Below, in pieces: positions 9,201-18,715 of a DNA stretch of 64,000 nt; the stretch's first letter is position 1, and each line of letters opens with the position of its first letter. A program made the translations under genes and the position numbers. This DNA is from Craspedostauros australis (taxonomy: Eukaryota), in assembly GCA_030167865.1 (NCBI GenBank), contig JALAGF010005657.1, forward strand, positions 1 through 64,000. Reading direction: 5' to 3'. The notes beneath the pieces were generated by a model. The model ran no database searches. It was not told the DNA's origin and was given only the letters and a program-made list of their open reading frames with translations.

Positions 9201-12200
9201 TCATCTCTCACCATTGCAGTACAGCAGAATCTGCTTCTTCATCAATGACGACGTCTCGTCGAGCGCATGCGCCTCCATCAGATCGCAGATGGATTGCTGA
9301 TGATCCCGCTTCTCGATGCATGCAGCTGAGATGCCAGACGCGCAAAGCCATTTCCTCGCCACCGTCGTCAGATACGTGTACTTGAACCGCTGCTGCTTCC
9401 ACCACGCGTTCGCGCTGTTGCCGTACATCGACGTCGTTGCGGACAGCTGGTACGACTGGATTTCCTGCTCAATCATCTTATTCAGGCGTTCGTAATGCTG
9501 GTTCGTTGTGGCTTCGGGCGACAGGTCGTTGCCGTCGTTGGCATTGTCCGCAATCAGGTCATCGAACGAAAAGTCGTGCTCGTCGTCGTCGTCATCCATG
9601 TTGTCGTCATCGTCGTCGGCCTTGGATTGCCCGGTTCCCTGCTGCCCTCCTCCTGTCGCGGCCGGCGCCACATTCGCTGCAGGATGTGTGCGGCGCACGA
9701 GCTCTTCCACCTCCTTCTGCAGGCTGGCGACAGGATCCGTCGATGAGATGGTGGATGCCATCCTCACGAACTTGGGATCCAGCATGACCATCCAATCATG
9801 CTTCTGAATGACGTGATGGATCTGCTGCTCGTATTCCTGCACCAGCACCGACCGGCATGTCTCCAAGCGCTCCAACACCTCGGTGTAGAACGTGCAGTAC
9901 GAGTATCGCTCGATGAAGGTCTGCTTCATGGACGTCGATGCTGGCACGGTAGTTTGCTGCGACGTGAAATGAAACATGCTGGCGTTCGAAATGTACTGCT
10001 TGAGCTTGTAAAGGACAGGCAGAACGCTCGCAATGGGAGTGGTTGGTGTGGTTTCCACCGTCGTTGCTGTCGTTGCTGTTGCGGCCGTCGCGTTGGTTTG
10101 TGCATGCTGCGATTGTTGTTGCTGCTGCACCATCATCCTGGATGCCTTGTCGAAACTTGTGAGCAGATATCGCAGGCCCTCCAACAACGCCCAGTGTTCG
10201 ATGCTTACTTCAGGCACAGGGAGCCACGATGGCAGAGCATTGGCATCGTCACTGTCACGTGCATCGTTCTTGATGGCAGTCTCATCTGCGGATGTGGAAC
10301 CATGAGAATGAACGTCAATGATGGTGGGGATATGAGGCACGATGATCTTCATCGTTGCGAACGTCGTCTTCCATTGCACCTGCTGGCCGTCGTTGGACTT
10401 GGCGGCGCCGCTGCCGCTCGTGGCGCTATCGTTGAACTTGGCCTTGAGCGCTGTCTGCAGCGGCCGCAGTTGCGGGATGTCATCTGCGGCGGCGAGGTAA
10501 CGTGCGTACCGATGCATGTCCGAGATGACGTTCCTCATTTCTTGAACGACGCTGTGCGAAAAGAAGGAGCTGTTGAACTCGTCGATGTAAGAATCCAACC
10601 GGTCCGGCGTCGCGCCACCGATATCGTGCTGCCGCCGATCGAAGAGAAGCGGCCCCACGACGAGGTGCAGAGCATGATCGATGGCCGGGAATGTCGCAAG
10701 CTGGAAGGTCCGATCTGGAGACGTGACTTCCCAATCCTCGCAGTTCCTGTTGATGGTGGTCGCGGAGTCATGCACCAGCACAGCCATCATGGATTCCTTC
10801 AATCCCCAGTGCTGCAGCGTCTGTTGGATCTGACTCCGGATGGCCAATCGGTTGTTGTCATCGTCAATGTCCTTGGTATCATCGGAAACAGCAGCATCGT
10901 TGTTGTGAACGGGCAACACATCCAAAACGTACGTCCTCGAGTCGAATTCTTCGGTAAGAAAGCGCAGCGTCAAGGGCATGAAGGTCCTGCCGCTGCGCGA
11001 CGACGTCCAGAGGTTGGCCGTGATGGAGTAGTACTCGCAATGGTGATGGATCTGATCCAGGATGTGCTGCTCCAGAGCATCGGCCTGTTGCGTGAGGGTG
11101 TTTCGGATGACCGGCTGGGATGGCGCATAGAGTGAGCCTGCCTTGCCATGATAGAATGCAAAGTTGAGGATGTCCTGGAACTGCTTCGAGCAGACGGGGT
11201 GGCTGGGTTGCAACGTCTCCACCACCCATCGCACGACGAGGCTGTTGAATTGGCTTTGCAAGCGTTGCTTCTTTTTTCGGCTGTAACCGGCAGGCGTGCC
11301 GTTCTTGGCGCTGCCATTGCTATTGCCGACATCGTTGGGAAGAGGAGCGGTGCCGGCAGTGGGCGTTGGCGGATGGAGGTCCATGCCTGCAGATCTGCAA
11401 CCTCCACCATCAGCATTGGCTCCAAGCAGCCACGTGGTATTGGAAGCATCGTTGGCCTGGACAGCCATGCCCATGGAAGCAGGTGGAACTGTGGGAGTGG
11501 CCACCGCAGTGGCATAACTCTGGGCGTGAGCCTGCGCATGCGTGGAGACGGCGTTGCCATACGAATCCACGTTTGTCCCGGCAGCGGCGTTGGATGCAGG
11601 TGGCTGCTGAACACTTGCGTTTGCAAGAGCGGGTGGTTGATTGACAAGGCCGACGGGCGTGCTGGCCCCTCCACTTTGGCTGGCTGCCGATGCTTTCTTG
11701 GCAGAAGCAGAAGGCGTGGACGAAGCAGGAGGCGGCACGTAGGCCTCCAGCAGACCCTTGTGCAGCTTGATCATATGTCGTTTGACGGCCTTGGAGTTGC
11801 GGAAGGAGTCGTAGGGGATCCTGCACTTGCACTCGATGCAGAAGACTCCGACCGAATCCGCGGACTTCCACTTCTTCTTCTCGGGCGTGGGGGCGATGAA
11901 GCGGATGCATTGCCAGTACTCCGGGTGCCGCAGTCCGGTTGCTCGGAACAGGTTGAGATCGTCCTCACATTCTGTGGCAGGCACTGATGCAGCGGCTGCT
12001 CTTGCTCTTGCTTTTGGTGCTGCGGGTGATGACGATGTCGATGTTGATGCTGATGATGGCGTTCTGGTCTTGCGCTTCTTCTTGGCTGGCGTGTTGCTCG
12101 TACTGCTCGTACTGCTCGTATTGTTTGTGGTGAGCGTGCTTGCGGCCGTGCTTGCCAACGCGTTTGTATTCGTTCCTGAGATGCTCGGCCTTGCTGCTGT

Positions 12201-12446
12201 TGGTGTTGCTACAGCTACAGCCACAGTTGCAGTTGCAGCTGGCACTGGCGTTGCTATGGCTGTTGCTGCAGGTGGAGTTGCAGTTGCAGTTGCAGTCACT
12301 GGTGTGCTCGTACTGGCGCTCGTAGTCGTGCTAGTACTTGTGGTTGTGGTTGTGGTTGCGGTTGCTGCAGTTGCCATCGACGGTGGCGTCTGCGATGGAG
12401 ACGAAGTCACCGATCTCGGTGCGGCATTTGGCGCATGGCCGCTCAT
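9201..12446 (-). CDS. BED zinc finger + hAT transposase-derived protein (ZBED-like), probably domesticated and catalytically inactive (1081 aa)
   Basis: BED finger (YW…VFCIECK…KRHMIKLH). hAT-like motifs YYSITANLWTS, VLVHDS, AIDHALHLVV, WKTTFATM, MLDPKF and the C-terminal dimerization-like WWKQQRFKYTYLTTVARKWLCASG. Confidence 0.85.
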   Translation of the reverse strand: MSGHAPNAAPRSVTSSPSQTPPSMATAATATTTTTTSTSTTTSASTSTPVTATATATPPAATAIATPVPAATATVAVAVATPTAARPSISGTNTNALASTAASTLTTNNTSSTSSTSNTPAKKKRKTRTPSSASTSTSSSPAAPKARARAAAASVPATECEDDLNLFRATGLRHPEYWQCIRFIAPTPEKKKWKSADSVGVFCIECKCRIPYDSFRNSKAVKRHMIKLHKGLLEAYVPPPASSTPSASAKKASAASQSGGASTPVGLVNQPPALANASVQQPPASNAAAGTNVDSYGNAVSTHAQAHAQSYATAVATPTVPPASMGMAVQANDASNTTWLLGANADGGGCRSAGMDLHPPTPTAGTAPLPNDVGNSNGSAKNGTPAGYSRKKKQRLQSQFNSLVVRWVVETLQPSHPVCSKQFQDILNFAFYHGKAGSLYAPSQPVIRNTLTQQADALEQHILDQIHHHCEYYSITANLWTSSRSGRTFMPLTLRFLTEEFDSRTYVLDVLPVHNNDAAVSDDTKDIDDDNNRLAIRSQIQQTLQHWGLKESMMAVLVHDSATTINRNCEDWEVTSPDRTFQLATFPAIDHALHLVVGPLLFDRRQHDIGGATPDRLDSYIDEFNSSFFSHSVVQEMRNVISDMHRYARYLAAADDIPQLRPLQTALKAKFNDSATSGSGAAKSNDGQQVQWKTTFATMKIIVPHIPTIIDVHSHGSTSADETAIKNDARDSDDANALPSWLPVPEVSIEHWALLEGLRYLLTSFDKASRMMVQQQQQSQHAQTNATAATATTATTVETTPTTPIASVLPVLYKLKQYISNASMFHFTSQQTTVPASTSMKQTFIERYSYCTFYTEVLERLETCRSVLVQEYEQQIHHVIQKHDWMVMLDPKFVRMASTISSTDPVASLQKEVEELVRRTHPAANVAPAATGGGQQGTGQSKADDDDDNMDDDDDEHDFSFDDLIADNANDGNDLSPEATTNQHYERLNKMIEQEIQSYQLSATTSMYGNSANAWWKQQRFKYTYLTTVARKWLCASGISAACIEKRDHQQSICDLMEAHALDETSSLMKKQILLYCNGER

Positions 12447-13018
12447 TTTTTTGTGAGCGGGTCGGTTTGAGACGCTCGTGAGTTACGATTGAGGAGTGTC
12501 CGTCACCCTTGACCGTTGGTCTCGTTGTTGGTGTGGTCGGCTTTGCGTTTGTGTGTTGTGTTCCTCTTCTTGGTCGCACTGCCGTTGCCAAGACTGTTGT
12601 TCCTACCATCGTTGTCCTTGTTGAGCAGCGGCCAACAATCAGACAGTCACTTCGCGACATACGTACGGTGACCGTGTCGTTGTGTTCAGAGCAACAACGG
12701 ACCACGATGTGTTGCTGTTTGGTGACGGTCCATTCGAACCAATGACCACTTCGACTACGACACTTGTCACATGCGACATATTCAATTAACAACAAGATCA
12801 TTTGGAGAATTTGTGGTCGACACGTTGCTTGGTCTTCTCCTCTTGCTTTCTTGCACACAGACCAGTTCTCCTGTGCGATCAGGTGCCACCATGTGCCACC
12901 ACAACTCGAGGAAGACGCCGCTCCTTGTCGTGCCTTCTGCTGTCTCCACTCCCCATAGTAGTACTCCCCATACTGCTCATACTCCTCATCCTGATCAAAC
13001 ACACGTTCTCTCCACACG

Positions 13019-13900
13019 ATGATCCCCAGACGACGCAGCACCCTCATCAAGGGCGCCTTCCAATTGCTCGCGCTGCTGTGCGCCTTGACTCTGCATAGTA
13101 CTACTACTACGACGAACAACAACAGCAACCATGATGGAGGCCCAAAGACGCGAGTCTTCGTCGACGCCATCAACTACGCGGAACCCAAGTTCGACGACCT
13201 GCTGAACCAGAAATGCCCCGCCTACACGTGCCCGCACGACTACATCCCCGTGCCGCGATCGCGCCTCAAATTCAAATCCGGCGGCTGCCACAGCTTCGCC
13301 GGCGCCGTGACGACGCTCGATGACACCGAGACCCCGATCCCCTATCAGCAATGCTGCGACATCCTGCACGCCTGCTACCAGGTCTGCGGCATGGTCAAGA
13401 CGAAGTGCGACGCCGAATTCGAGCTGTGCTCCGCCACCAAGTGCGACGCCAGCGACGAATCGTGCCACAGGAAGCTCAAGTCGACCAGCACGATGATCCA
13501 GCTGGGCGGATGTCGCGAATTCGAGCTGTCGCAGAAGAAGTCGTGCGAGTGCGTGGCGACGCTGCAGCAGGCCGAGAAGAAGCGGGCCGCGGCGTTGCGC
13601 TACTTCTACAAGAAGGTGGCTCCGGACAACGTCGACAAATCAGAGGAGCTGGCCGCCAAGGCGGACACGCCATCGCGCATGGCGGGCTTGATGCTCAAGC
13701 TTCTCATCAAGTATCCGGAGAGCATCACGGTCAACAAGAATGAGCACAACGATCAGATGGACCTGCTGGAGGACCAGATTAAGGAAGCGAAGAAGATGGC
13801 CAAGGAAGCCAAGGAGGCAGACAGTGATGAGAATGATGAGACAAATGACAGTGATGAGAGCGACGATGACACTGATGATGAGGCAGACATGGAGTTGTGA
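13019..13900 (+). CDS. Group XII secretory phospholipase A2-like protein, likely inactive and ER-retained
   Basis: N-terminal signal peptide. Cys pattern CCDILHACYQVCG…KCDAEFELC…C…GCREFELSQKKSCEC resembles PLA2G12. Acidic tail ends DMEL. Confidence 0.8.
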   Translation: MIPRRRSTLIKGAFQLLALLCALTLHSTTTTTNNNSNHDGGPKTRVFVDAINYAEPKFDDLLNQKCPAYTCPHDYIPVPRSRLKFKSGGCHSFAGAVTTLDDTETPIPYQQCCDILHACYQVCGMVKTKCDAEFELCSATKCDASDESCHRKLKSTSTMIQLGGCREFELSQKKSCECVATLQQAEKKRAAALRYFYKKVAPDNVDKSEELAAKADTPSRMAGLMLKLLIKYPESITVNKNEHNDQMDLLEDQIKEAKKMAKEAKEADSDENDETNDSDESDDDTDDEADMEL

Positions 13901-14579
13901 GCACCCAAACATGAGTTTGTTGAGAGGGTGTGTGTTTCTCAGCGTAGAAATGTTGCAATGCTGTTTCCACGTTCGATGATCCACGCCAATTCATGGTGCA
14001 GCGACTTTCCATTGAGAACGATACGAACCAGGATCATTGCGAGTGCTGCCATACATACAACAACGATCTCCTAGTATATGCCACAATGGAAGAACATCAG
14101 AGGTAATGAGGATAGTACTGATAGAGCGACCACGCCAAGAGTTGTGGTCATGTTTCCTTGTTTGTGGATTCTCGAGAGATCGTATCCCGTATACTCGTGA
14201 CAGGCTCAAGCTGCAACCAACAACAAAACCGCGAGAACAACAAAGAAGACGCATCACGAATTCGCAAGGTGGTCGCGTCCGTTCTTGGCCCAAACGTTCA
14301 TCGTCTGTCGTGATCTTGATGGAGTATCCGCTCCTGTTCCTGGAAACCACATACGACTGTAATAGATCACATCTGAGAGGATGCTTTGGTGAGCTTGGCA
14401 TCAGTTTTGCTGCAGCCATTGTTGCCATTTCTGTTGTCGAAGTTGTCTTCATAATCACCACACCTACGAGTACGAGTACGAGTTCGAGGAGGCATCACAA
14501 TACTCGTACGTGCAGTATAAGACGCAAAGCAAAGCACAGCGAAGAATTCCACTCCAGATCGCCAATCCTGAGTCGTGCA

Positions 14580-14657
14580 GGCACACATCAACGCACATCA
14601 ACACACATCAACACACATCAGCACACATCCACATCTCCACACACCTACACACACATC
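14580..14657 (+). repeat. CACACATCA-type degenerate microsatellite in the 5' region of the RBR gene
   Basis: Several near-copies of cacacatca(a/g). Confidence 0.7.
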
Positions 14658-14661
14658 GACG

Positions 14662-16338
14662 ATGCAATCGCACAGAGCAAGGAGACGGCGCAGCAGCGCC
14701 AAAGCCGACGATGTGGTGGCAAGAACGGCCGGCCGCGACAGCTGGAAGACGTGGGCCGGACGCAAGCATGGCGCCGACGAATTCCACTTCCTGGACCTCG
14801 TGCGCGGCTTCCACCGCACCGTGCAATCCACCCTCATCAACCACGTCCCATCGCCAGGCACGCCATGTCCCATCTGCTTCTGCGAGCCAACCACGAGGCA
14901 GGAGTGGCACATCACCTCCAGCTGCTCGCATGCCGTGTGTCTGGATTGCTTCCGCGCCTACGCCAGCAGCCAGATCAAGGACAAGCAGCAGACGGGGCCT
15001 CTCAAGTGTCCCATCTGTCCGAGGGTCCTGCGCACCGACGATGCGGCCGTGGCGTTTGCGCAAGATCCGGACCTCATTCGATTGTGGGATGTCAAGATGC
15101 GCAATCAGCTGCTGCGTGCCTTGCCGGCCTTTCGGACCTGTCCCCACTGTTCCGGCGATGATGATGGTGGTGATGGCACTAACGGCAACAGCAGCAACAA
15201 CAGCAACAACAACGGCGGTGGATTCGTCACGCCAGAGTGCTTGTCGCCGCACTACGAGGAACGCAGGGACTATGCGATCAACAAGTTGGCGAGCACCCGC
15301 ACTTACATGTTCGGAGCACTCATCGTCTACGTCATCATCTGCGTGACGATCGAATGCACGCCGTCGTCATCCGCCAAATGCGACCTGTTCTTCATGCTCC
15401 TGCTCCTGCACCCGCTGATGCGGGCCATCCTCTCGAGAAGGTTCGCGATGGCGACGAAAGCGCGCGACGAGATGGCGAGGCCCATCTCCGTGGGCTGCCC
15501 CTGCTGCGACAAGTCCTTCCTGCTGCCGGCGGAGACGATGAACAACCATGGCAACGATGAAGATACGAAGCGATGGATCAGCGCGCGCACGAGACCGTGT
15601 CCCAGCTGTTCCGCTCCCATCGAGAAGGACGGCGGCTGCAACCATATGCGATGTGGCCGGTGCAATGCCAGCTTCTGTTGGGCCTGCATGCGACTCAGCA
15701 CGCGATGCCAAGCGTTCAATTGCATGCACGGGGCGCCGTTCCGCAACGCGCGGCCGGGAGGCGGTGGTGACGATGGCGATGATGGCGATGGAGAGGACAG
15801 CCTCGAGGACATGCTCGCCTCGACCATCAATTCCATCCTCTCCAACCAGTCTCCGTCCTGGCACGACTTTGGAGATGTCGATCTGGCAGTCATCGCATTT
15901 GCCGTGCTGGGACGCTTGATACCAGGAATTGCTGAGATCATTGACCCCTTCGTGGGATATCTCCCTTGGATCACCTCCACCACCCTGTTTAATCCAATCC
16001 TGGTGCTGTTCGCGCTGCAGCGAGGCATACGCCATCTGCCGCAACTGGCTCGACTCTACCACAGATACACGCGCGCGTGGGTACGTACTCGGAATCAAAT
16101 GCAAGCAAGGTACTGGCAGCAACAGCCGCCGAGACGTCACCAGCAACCACGGCAACGGCAAGCACAACGGCAAACACAGCCACAAAGGCAAGCACAACCA
16201 CAAAGGCAACCGCAAAGGCAACCCAGACGAAGGATTCGACAGCCAGATGAATTCATCCCTCGCCGTGGAGGGCGCAGGATGACGGAGCGTGAGATGATCA
16301 ACGAGGCCACTCGGAGATCTTTGGCCGCAACGCGATGA
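14662..16338 (+). CDS. RBR (RING1-IBR-RING2) E3 ubiquitin ligase with transmembrane segments
   Basis: RING1 CPIC…CSHAVCLDC…CPIC; degenerate IBR (RTCPHC…VGCPCCDKSF); intact RING2 RPCPSCSAPIEKDGGCNHMRCGRCNASFCWAC; hydrophobic segments; Q/R-rich tail. Likely ATG at 14662. Confidence 0.88.
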   Translation: MQSHRARRRRSSAKADDVVARTAGRDSWKTWAGRKHGADEFHFLDLVRGFHRTVQSTLINHVPSPGTPCPICFCEPTTRQEWHITSSCSHAVCLDCFRAYASSQIKDKQQTGPLKCPICPRVLRTDDAAVAFAQDPDLIRLWDVKMRNQLLRALPAFRTCPHCSGDDDGGDGTNGNSSNNSNNNGGGFVTPECLSPHYEERRDYAINKLASTRTYMFGALIVYVIICVTIECTPSSSAKCDLFFMLLLLHPLMRAILSRRFAMATKARDEMARPISVGCPCCDKSFLLPAETMNNHGNDEDTKRWISARTRPCPSCSAPIEKDGGCNHMRCGRCNASFCWACMRLSTRCQAFNCMHGAPFRNARPGGGGDDGDDGDGEDSLEDMLASTINSILSNQSPSWHDFGDVDLAVIAFAVLGRLIPGIAEIIDPFVGYLPWITSTTLFNPILVLFALQRGIRHLPQLARLYHRYTRAWVRTRNQMQARYWQQQPPRRHQQPRQRQAQRQTQPQRQAQPQRQPQRQPRRRIRQPDEFIPRRGGRRMTEREMINEATRRSLAATR

Positions 16339-16730
16339 TACATGATGTTCCCAACGTACTATACGACAAGAACGATGGAGCACTCCATCGCATATCACCA
16401 GCACAACAGTAGAATAGAGCAGTTGAGGATACATGCCTGTACTCTCCAATAACACTGGCTCTATTCAAAGAAGCGTGGGGTGGCTTGTGTCTGTCTGAAT
16501 CTGCTGCAACGTAACACTGGGGGAGACCAAGCCGAGCTATACTTGGTGGTTGTGTCTTGTCCTCCTCTCTCTAGACTCGTTGCTTGCTTTGCGATTGTTT
16601 CCGCAAAGTATCTTTCGTGTCAACAGGCATCGAAGAAGCAGAAGAGAAGGAACACAAGCGAAGACATCAACAGATTCCATTCTTCTTTGGTGTGCCTTGC
16701 TGATGTGTCGATTCTCTCTCTCTGTGTTGT

Positions 16731-16800
16731 TCCGCATGATCGCCTTCCGCATGATCGCCTTCCGCATGATCGCCTTCCGCATGATCGCCTTCCACATGAT
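16731..16800 (+). repeat. 15-bp tandem repeat (TCCGCATGATCGCCT) x4 plus a partial copy
   Basis: Four exact copies at 16731-16790, then TCCACATGAT; ends about 100 bp upstream of the LarA-like ATG. Confidence 0.95.
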
Positions 16801-16902
16801 TCCGCCACAATCACAACACACTATCCCAACACAATCATCAGGAAAGCCACAAGGAACCCAATTAACACACAATAGAGAAGAACAGAACAAAGCAGATTGA
16901 AC

Positions 16903-18627
16903 ATGGCGACCTTGGAACGGCTGTCTTCGCTCCCTAACTTGGCTTGCTCGTTGATCGTGGACCCGGACGGATCTCTGGCCCAGCAGGTGGGCAAGACGTC
17001 GCAGCAGGAAGGCCCCACGCATGCCACACAAACGATCTCGGACGACACCAGGATCTCCCATCCCGTTCTGAAGGACAAGCTTCACCAATTCCTCGATCAA
17101 ATCGGCGGACCGACTGCGTACGATGATGTCCTTATCGTGCCTCCCGACTTCACCCGATTCCATTCCCATTCGGGCATCATCACGGAAATGATCGCTGAGT
17201 ACTACCATCAGATTGCGCCTGCATCGGACGGTGACGATCGCGCAGCCAACACGCAGCCTCCTGCAAGGCCCTCAAGGTTCCAAATCCTGCCAGCGCTGGG
17301 GACTCACGCGCCAATGACGAATGAGGAGATACGTGTCATGTTCGGCAGCCGGTTGCTCGGCAAGCATACCGCTGGTACACCCGGTGGCGCGAAAGAAGGC
17401 AAGCAAGCGGGCACGGATGAGGAGAAGGATCCCTTGTTCGTCGTGCATGATTGGAGGAACAGTGTTGAGACCATCGGAAAGGTAGATGCCGGTCTCGTGA
17501 CGGATGCAACCCACGGCATGGTCAAGGATCAGGAATGGCCAGCCCAGTTGAACACGTTGGTCTGGTCGAAGCGAAACGCCTTGCTCAATGGAGGCGAAGG
17601 CCTCACCTCTTCGTCGCAGCTGCCCAACCTCATCATCTCTATCGGACAAGTCGTGCCGCACGAAGTCCTCGGGATGGCCAACTACAACAAGAATCTCTTT
17701 GTCGGGGTTGGCGGGACGGAGGCCATCAACCTCAGCCACTTCATCGGGGCCGTCCATGGCATGGAGCGCCTCATGGGAAGAAGCCAGAATCCGTTGCGAC
17801 ATATCCTCAACGTGGCAAGCCAAAAGTTCCTCAATTCGCCTCAGGACATCCATCTTTGGTACATCCTCACGGTCGTCGGCGCAGATGAACAGTCAAAATC
17901 CAAATCCGACTCTGAGTCCAAGCAGGGCGCTGCGCAAAACGACAAGGCGAGTACATCATCATCACTGGCCCCATTCAGCCCAGCGCAGCAGCCACCGGAT
18001 GTCGCACTCAAGGGACTCTTCATTGGCAACGACATCACCTGCTACAACATGGCATGCGACCTCAGTCTGCAGCTTAATTTCATCCTCCTCTCCAAGGAAC
18101 CAAAGACGATGGTCGTCTACCTCGATCCATCCGAGTTCCATTCCACCTGGCTCGGCAACAAGGCCATCTACCGCACCAGGATGGCGATCGCCGACGGTGG
18201 CCACCTCATCATTCTCGCGCCGGGCGTTTGCAAGTTCGGAGAGGATGAACGTATCGATGATCTCATTCGCAAGTACGGATACTGCGGCACCAAGGAAGTA
18301 CTCAAGCACATGGAGCAAGAAGATGCGCAAAACGGCGATGCCGACGACAAGAACTCGTTGCAAAACAATCTGAGCGCCGTGGCTCACTTGATCCACGGAA
18401 GCACTGAGGGGCGGTTCCGCGTCACGTACTGTCCAGGCCATCTCACGAAAGACGAAGTGGAAGGGGTTGGATTTCGGTACGGAGATGTGGACGAACTGAC
18501 GAAGAATGAGTACGATGTCGACACATTGGTGTCTGGATGGAACAAGCACGATGAGACTGGCGAGGAGTTCTATTTCATTAAGAACCCAGCCTTGGGATTA
18601 TGGGCAGTGCCAAGTCGCTTCGATTGA
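16903..18627 (+). CDS. LarA-family (DUF2088) nickel-pincer-nucleotide-dependent 2-hydroxyacid racemase/epimerase
   Basis: Motifs PPDFTR, ALGTH, VHDW, GQVVPHEVLGMANYNKN, INLSH and GNKAIYRTRMAIADGGHLIILAPGV. Single exon with low-complexity insertions. Confidence 0.85.
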   Translation: MATLERLSSLPNLACSLIVDPDGSLAQQVGKTSQQEGPTHATQTISDDTRISHPVLKDKLHQFLDQIGGPTAYDDVLIVPPDFTRFHSHSGIITEMIAEYYHQIAPASDGDDRAANTQPPARPSRFQILPALGTHAPMTNEEIRVMFGSRLLGKHTAGTPGGAKEGKQAGTDEEKDPLFVVHDWRNSVETIGKVDAGLVTDATHGMVKDQEWPAQLNTLVWSKRNALLNGGEGLTSSSQLPNLIISIGQVVPHEVLGMANYNKNLFVGVGGTEAINLSHFIGAVHGMERLMGRSQNPLRHILNVASQKFLNSPQDIHLWYILTVVGADEQSKSKSDSESKQGAAQNDKASTSSSLAPFSPAQQPPDVALKGLFIGNDITCYNMACDLSLQLNFILLSKEPKTMVVYLDPSEFHSTWLGNKAIYRTRMAIADGGHLIILAPGVCKFGEDERIDDLIRKYGYCGTKEVLKHMEQEDAQNGDADDKNSLQNNLSAVAHLIHGSTEGRFRVTYCPGHLTKDEVEGVGFRYGDVDELTKNEYDVDTLVSGWNKHDETGEEFYFIKNPALGLWAVPSRFD

Positions 18628-18715
18628 TGCAACTTCAAGACCACTCGGCAGGATTGTGTGGTAAGATAGCAAAGCCAAGAAGCCAGTTGGGCATTAAACA
18701 AGCGTTCTACTCTAG

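Noticed and set aside
9798..11987. Long plus-strand ORFs (445 aa, 279 aa)
   Set aside because: Antisense shadows of the GC3-biased hAT-derived gene.
16731..16800. CRISPR-like array
   Set aside because: Direct tandem repeats without spacers, in a eukaryotic context.
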